From: Armatimonadota bacterium
GTDB lineage: Bacteria; Armatimonadota; Hebobacteria; CAIYQO01
DNA length: 10,555 bases
NCBI GenBank assembly: GCA_038248345.1
Contig: JBBRXO010000093.1
Span: 1-10,555 of the forward strand
Direction of reading: 5' to 3'
Shown: positions 6,337 through 10,555 of the stretch, piece after piece
Position numbering within the stretch: the first letter of the stretch is position 1
How the letters are laid out: the number at the start of each line of letters is the position of its first letter
Position numbers and translations under genes: made by a program
Notes under the pieces: model-generated
Seen by the model: only the letters and a program-made list of their open reading frames with translations
Databases searched by the model: none
What the model was told of the DNA's origin: nothing

Positions 6337-7770
6337 TTATTCACAAATAGTAGACGCAGCCCGTTGTGCCGCTTCTCCCACAACCCTGAATTCCATTACC
6401 GTAGAACCTAATGCAATTTTATCGCCGTTTTTCAGGATCGTTTCCGTGCCAGATTCGCCATTGATAGTGGTTCCTTTATCGCTGAGGTTGCGAATTAGCC
6501 AGTCTTTGCCACTCCGTCGCAGTACGGCATGTTCGCGCGAGACGAAGCCGTCGGTGAGCACAACATCCTGGTCTTCTCGTCGTCCGATAGTCACGCTATC
6601 CTTGCCGATAGGGTAATGCTTGTTGGCGTCCGCGCCAGAAATAACCACAAACTCGACTCCCGAGAAGATGCCGGTAGCGGCCGCCGTTGACGGCACGAAA
6701 GGCATATCTGCGATCATAGTACGTGCGGCCACTGGCGCCGGTGGAATATTCTGCGGGGCGGCGTTGATACTCGGTGGCCGCATCGCCTTAATTTCAATAC
6801 GGCTACTGCCAACTTCGATGATAGAATCCACCTTAAGTTCAACTTGCGTGCGATGTACCGGTTTGCCATCTACTGTGGAGCCATTTCTACTTTTATCGAC
6901 AAAAAGCATCCGACCATCGTTGGTCGCGAGTACCTCCGCGTGTTGTGTCGATACCATCGAATCGTTGGGCAGTTGCATATCGCCTTCATCCCGCCCGATT
7001 GTGACTTGCCGTCCCGTCAATGGAGCGATCATGCCAGTGTGTGGCCCGGATGTGACGCGAAGTTGCCCCCATGCTTCAACGGTATGGACAGGTTTCTTCG
7101 GGGCGCTGCTACCCGGCATGGAGTCTGCCATCACAGTTGATGACCCGGTAGGTAACATGGCAGGAGCTGGCGCACGTTGTATCCGCTCGCGTTCACGCTC
7201 CATGGCCAGGCGTTGTTGCTCGAGCGCCATTTTGTTCTCATTAGACTTATTGGTCATGATAAGGAGTATTGTCAACCCGATAAGAAGAGCCGCGATAACC
7301 AGGCCTATTCCATACACCGTCATCTTTGGCAGGCCAAATAACTTGTCCGATTTGTCATCGGCGGTGTCTTTATTATTTTCGGTATTTGTTTTGTTAGCGT
7401 CAGACGGCTGACCATTCAACGCCGTACGTTTATCTTCAATAATGATATACGCTTTGCCGGTATACATGACAATTCCTTCAACCCGATAGCGTGCACCAAT
7501 GGTGGGGAAATCCTGTTTCGTGCGTACCAGGACATAACCGCCATAATCATCATCAAAAGTATATGCCTTAGTATTTGCAGTGCTACCTTCATCTTTTTGT
7601 CCCGCCTTACCTTCCACGGCTACATACTGGTTCACATAACCAGGCAAATCTTTAATCTTCACAGCGCTTTGGGGCGCATCACCTCCACCAGTATCCTGGG
7701 CTAGCACTGGCGATAATGCCGAACAAAGCAGCATGAATACTACAAACAACAAAGGGCAAATTACTTTCAT
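6337..7770 (-). CDS. Single-pass receptor-like protein: signal peptide, small extracytoplasmic (OB-fold-like) domain, TM, short coiled coil, two cytoplasmic FHA domains
   Basis: AGGAGG SD at 7779-7784; signal peptide ending VLA-QD; TM VYGIGLVIAALLIGLTILLIM; FHA1 TIGR..VSTQHA..SRNGS; FHA2 TIGR..VSREHA..SDKGT. The OB-like call for the ectodomain is by eye only. Confidence 0.88.
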   Translation of the reverse strand: MKVICPLLFVVFMLLCSALSPVLAQDTGGGDAPQSAVKIKDLPGYVNQYVAVEGKAGQKDEGSTANTKAYTFDDDYGGYVLVRTKQDFPTIGARYRVEGIVMYTGKAYIIIEDKRTALNGQPSDANKTNTENNKDTADDKSDKLFGLPKMTVYGIGLVIAALLIGLTILLIMTNKSNENKMALEQQRLAMERERERIQRAPAPAMLPTGSSTVMADSMPGSSAPKKPVHTVEAWGQLRVTSGPHTGMIAPLTGRQVTIGRDEGDMQLPNDSMVSTQHAEVLATNDGRMLFVDKSRNGSTVDGKPVHRTQVELKVDSIIEVGSSRIEIKAMRPPSINAAPQNIPPAPVAARTMIADMPFVPSTAAATGIFSGVEFVVISGADANKHYPIGKDSVTIGRREDQDVVLTDGFVSREHAVLRRSGKDWLIRNLSDKGTTINGESGTETILKNGDKIALGSTVMEFRVVGEAAQRAASTICE

Positions 7771-7802
7771 TTCGATAGCCTCCTGAGTGAGAATAACTAT
7801 AT

Positions 7803-7829
7803 ATTCGCTATAATGCGGTGAGTTCCTTT
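7803..7829 (-). promoter_or_regulatory. Possible alternative-sigma (sigmaH/ECF-like) promoter
   Basis: The minus strand reads AAAGGAACT-N11-AGCGAAT, close to the B. subtilis sigmaH consensus RNAGGAWWW-N11/12-RNNGAAT, in a 133-bp intergenic gap. Single instance only. Confidence 0.3.
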
Positions 7830-7848
7830 TTAATTCTGCTTAGTTTGG

Positions 7849-7867
7849 TAGATTTATTGCAAATCTA
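7849..7867. promoter_or_regulatory. Palindrome TAGATTT-N5-AAATCTA, candidate operator
   Basis: Perfect 7-5-7 inverted repeat in the same intergenic gap; AT-rich, so unlikely to be a terminator stem. Confidence 0.3.
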
Positions 7868-7903
7868 TCGTCACACGTGGTTACCGTCGCTCAAAGATAC
7901 TAC

Positions 7904-8857
7904 TCAATTATCATTAGTCGGTATGATAGCACGTAACATGAGCGTAGCGGTCTTGGTTAGAAGAGACGGCTTTATTCTTCCTGGAGTATCTGTTGCTTTG
8001 TGGTATTCTGTGTCTCTCTCCCAGTGGACGTACGCGCAGGGTAGATTATATTTTTCAAATGCTTCATGATCACTCCACTGCATCCCAGCGCCTGTTTTTA
8101 TAGAATATCCCTGTTGCCTTGCCAGCACAGCCAGTTTATCGCGCCAGCCAGTATCACTTCCCTGGGTCTCCAGATAGAGGGTATCACCCACGCCCACCAT
8201 ATCAAGCGAGGTCATGTTGGATATGGTGGCACGGAATTTTTTATCGTTTGCTAACGCTCGTGCTCCATAATGATGATGCTCTTTGTTCTTGTCTATCATT
8301 TCTTCCGCGCCAAATGCGACAAAAATACAGGGTGTTGCATTGTCGATGTCTTTTATTAAATAGGCAAGCTCAAGCATGACGGCCACTCCCGAAGCATTAT
8401 CGTTCGCGCCGGGTGAAGGGTCTTTGCTGTCGATATGACCTCCTATCAGCATAGCCTTGCCGGTCTGTTGCGGCTTTGCAGCGATGACATTTTGAGTTCC
8501 TGCCGCCCTACCCTCAACATCCACAGGTTTTACTTGAACCTGATAACCCCAACTTCGCAATGTTTCTGCCACATATTGGGATGCCTCTTGCTCCGCGGCA
8601 GTTCCTGACTTGCGAACACCTATCTGACCAGCTAATTTTTCAATATGCTTCAACATGCGCTGCTCATCAATTCTATTCACCACGTCCGCTATGCTCACTG
8701 GCAGTTTGGTTTCTGTGCGTGCGGTAGCTGTAGCATCGTGGGAGGCTATTTTAACTTCCGGCGTTTGCGTCAGTACCCACGACGCACACAAGTACCCTAC
8801 TAGCGTGAATGCAAGTGCCAGTATGGCCCCGGCGATATAGTTACGTTGGATTTTCAT
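7904..8857 (-). CDS. M28-family Zn-dependent (amino)peptidase with N-terminal signal/anchor
   Basis: Metal-ligand and catalytic motifs GGHIDS, GANDNASG, FGAEE, SLDMVG, SDH and YH..TDT. Start placed at ATG 8857 (TAATG overlap with the kinase A stop) rather than GTG 8869. Confidence 0.92.
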   Translation of the reverse strand: MKIQRNYIAGAILALAFTLVGYLCASWVLTQTPEVKIASHDATATARTETKLPVSIADVVNRIDEQRMLKHIEKLAGQIGVRKSGTAAEQEASQYVAETLRSWGYQVQVKPVDVEGRAAGTQNVIAAKPQQTGKAMLIGGHIDSKDPSPGANDNASGVAVMLELAYLIKDIDNATPCIFVAFGAEEMIDKNKEHHHYGARALANDKKFRATISNMTSLDMVGVGDTLYLETQGSDTGWRDKLAVLARQQGYSIKTGAGMQWSDHEAFEKYNLPCAYVHWERDTEYHKATDTPGRIKPSLLTKTATLMLRAIIPTNDN

Positions 8858-10332
8858 TAATGCCCCCACACCTCTATGGTAGAGATAAGCAAATCATCAT
8901 ACTTGTATCCAGTATATACGTCGATTATCTCTATCCGTACTTTTGTTGTCTTCACAGCAGGTGAAATAATTATCTCCTGCAAGCGACGCTCATCGGCGAA
9001 AGTCACTATTTGTTGCCTGCCCCCGTCGAACAGTAGGTGTGCCTCTTTAAGTCGATGATTCTTCTCCCAATAATCATCACGATCCAGCCCGGGCATTACC
9101 CGTAACTTTGCCACTACCACCTGCGAAGGAAATGCTGCCTCCAGCCAGGCGCCACGCCATTCTCCGCCGGGGGGTGCCCAGCTTGTTAGTGGCGCATCAT
9201 CAAATGCCAGCTGCGGATCATAATTGTAAATAACTTCCTTCCCTTGCACCGGGGGCATTACCGCCGAAGAAGCAAAGCGCGAAGGATATATTTGCTGATC
9301 AGCGACACTAGCTGGCCCACTCTGGGGCATTGAGGAAGAATACTGCGAACTATCAATTCCATCAGAGTGCCTGGAGTGGCCGATTATCTCTGGTTTAACT
9401 ATCAATACTCCGCCGATGAATACTAACCCCACTAAAAAAATGATGATTATTACTGCCATAGCAGAGGATGCCAATTTTGGCTTTTCCGGCTGATACTCCG
9501 GGGGCGCTCCGGCGGCATCCGCCACTTCACCAGCCAATCCCTTTATAAATTCAGTGCAGGTGCTGTATCGATAGGCCGCGGCTTTGCCTAACGCCTGCCC
9601 AAGTGCCCGCACTGTATACTCAGGCAGGTCGTGTTGATATTGTCGTGGATCCGGCGGGGGGACGGAGATGTGCATATTCACCAGTGCCCACGGCTGAGTG
9701 TCAGTACTGCGGAATGGTGTGGTGCCGGTGTACATTTCATAGGCAACAATCGCTAACGCGTATTGATCGGATCTCCCGTCTGCATCGATACCCTGGGCCT
9801 GTTCTGGCGACATATACTCGGGGGTGCCGATCATGCCGCCCGTCATACGCGTACCTTCCATTGAGCGGGCGATGCCAAAATCAGTAACCCGCGCAACCCC
9901 CCGTCTGTCGATCAGGATATTCTCTGGCTTGATGTCACGGTGGATAATCCCGTTCTCATGCGCGAAGTCGAGGGCACTGGCGACCTGGGCCAGATACCGG
10001 ATGACCTCCTCCCCCGGCAGACGACCTCGGGTGGCAAGTAAGGACTTCAAGTCCTCCCCTTCTATCAACTGCATGACGTAATAATTAGTGTTGCCGTCAA
10101 CGCCCACATCATATATCGCAACGATATGCTGGTGCTGCAAGCGAGCGGTATTGAGTATCTCGTTTTTGAAGCGAGCTAAAAACTGCACATCGTGCGTGAA
10201 CTCATGCGGCAGCACCTTCACCGCTACCACCCTGTTAAGCTGCAAATCACGGGCACGATAAACCACACCCATACCGCCCCGTCCGATCTCAGCCTCGAGG
10301 GTATAGCGGTTATTCAGCGTTGTAGAAAGCAT
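8857..10332 (-). CDS. Membrane Ser/Thr protein kinase A with C-terminal discoidin-like (putative glycan-binding) domain
   Basis: GRGGMGVVY, VAVK, HRDIKPEN, DFGIARS, GTPEYMSPEQ. TM AVIIIIFLVGLVFIGGVLIV. C-terminal ASS..YDPQLAFD...TSW...WLE..F..NHRLK..VRIEIIDVYTG..ISTIEVWG. AAGGA SD. Confidence 0.94.
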   Translation of the reverse strand: MLSTTLNNRYTLEAEIGRGGMGVVYRARDLQLNRVVAVKVLPHEFTHDVQFLARFKNEILNTARLQHQHIVAIYDVGVDGNTNYYVMQLIEGEDLKSLLATRGRLPGEEVIRYLAQVASALDFAHENGIIHRDIKPENILIDRRGVARVTDFGIARSMEGTRMTGGMIGTPEYMSPEQAQGIDADGRSDQYALAIVAYEMYTGTTPFRSTDTQPWALVNMHISVPPPDPRQYQHDLPEYTVRALGQALGKAAAYRYSTCTEFIKGLAGEVADAAGAPPEYQPEKPKLASSAMAVIIIIFLVGLVFIGGVLIVKPEIIGHSRHSDGIDSSQYSSSMPQSGPASVADQQIYPSRFASSAVMPPVQGKEVIYNYDPQLAFDDAPLTSWAPPGGEWRGAWLEAAFPSQVVVAKLRVMPGLDRDDYWEKNHRLKEAHLLFDGGRQQIVTFADERRLQEIIISPAVKTTKVRIEIIDVYTGYKYDDLLISTIEVWGH

Positions 10333-10374
10333 TTATACATCCTTAATATGGGGATTATATAGTTACAACTATCC

Positions 10375-10555
10375 CTATGCAAAGAAATAGATGAGCACGG
10401 TACTCCCTAATTGAATACGATCGCCGTGCTGTAGCATTACCGAACCGTTGATTCGGTCGGTATTATGGAGAATGCCGTTGGCGCTCCCGGCATCGGCCAG
10501 GATTGCGCCGGCGTTGTTGTGCTGCACTATTGCATGTTGCGCGGACACCTTGGAA
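10375..10555 (-). CDS. FHA-domain protein, 5'-partial (C-terminal FHA)
   Basis: Hand translation: ...SKVSAQHAIVQHNNAGAILADAGSANGILHNTDRINGSVMLQHGDRIQLGSTVLIYFFA*, with FHA motifs VSxxHA, DxxSxNG and GDRIQLG. Confidence 0.9.
   Translation of the reverse strand, partial: SKVSAQHAIVQHNNAGAILADAGSANGILHNTDRINGSVMLQHGDRIQLGSTVLIYFFA

Noticed and set aside
6620..7411. 263-aa + strand ORF
   Set aside because: Lies wholly antisense to the well-supported double-FHA gene.
7809..7814. TATAAT on the + strand
   Set aside because: No matching -35 element and no credible + strand gene downstream.
8858..8869. ORF-track start of the peptidase at 8869
   Set aside because: It is a GTG inside kinase A; the ATG at 8857 gives a standard TAATG coupling and a normal MK-start signal region.
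10351..10375. Weak inverted repeat GGGAT..ATAGTT-AC-AACTATCCC, sharing TATATAGTTA with the 7794-7803 region in opposite orientation
   Set aside because: AT-rich, 2-nt loop and no U-tract; not convincing as a terminator or shared operator.

Overview
The window holds one co-oriented (- strand) gene cluster for Ser/Thr phospho-signalling. In transcription order (right to left): the 3' end of an FHA-domain gene; receptor-type Hanks kinase A (kinase-TM-discoidin-like domain); a membrane-anchored M28 Zn peptidase; a receptor-like protein (signal peptide, small OB-like ectodomain, TM, FHA, FHA); an FHA-Pro-rich-2TM protein; receptor kinase B (kinase-TM-different discoidin-like domain); a 44-codon stub of a fourth kinase; an FHA-FHA-ABC exporter of the Rv1747 type; and kinase C (kinase-TM-probable FGE/SUMF1 domain, cut by the left edge). 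Kinase C, the stub and the right-edge FHA gene are absent from the ORF track and were translated by hand. That gives 3 paralogous kinases plus 1 remnant and 6 FHA domains in 10.5 kb, with no phosphatase visible. Non-coding signals are a ~130-bp REP/REPIN-like nested inverted repeat, a heptamer tandem repeat, and an abrupt local strand-skew inversion at ~3598 next to the kinase deletion scar. Domain names come from motif recognition by eye, not from database searches.
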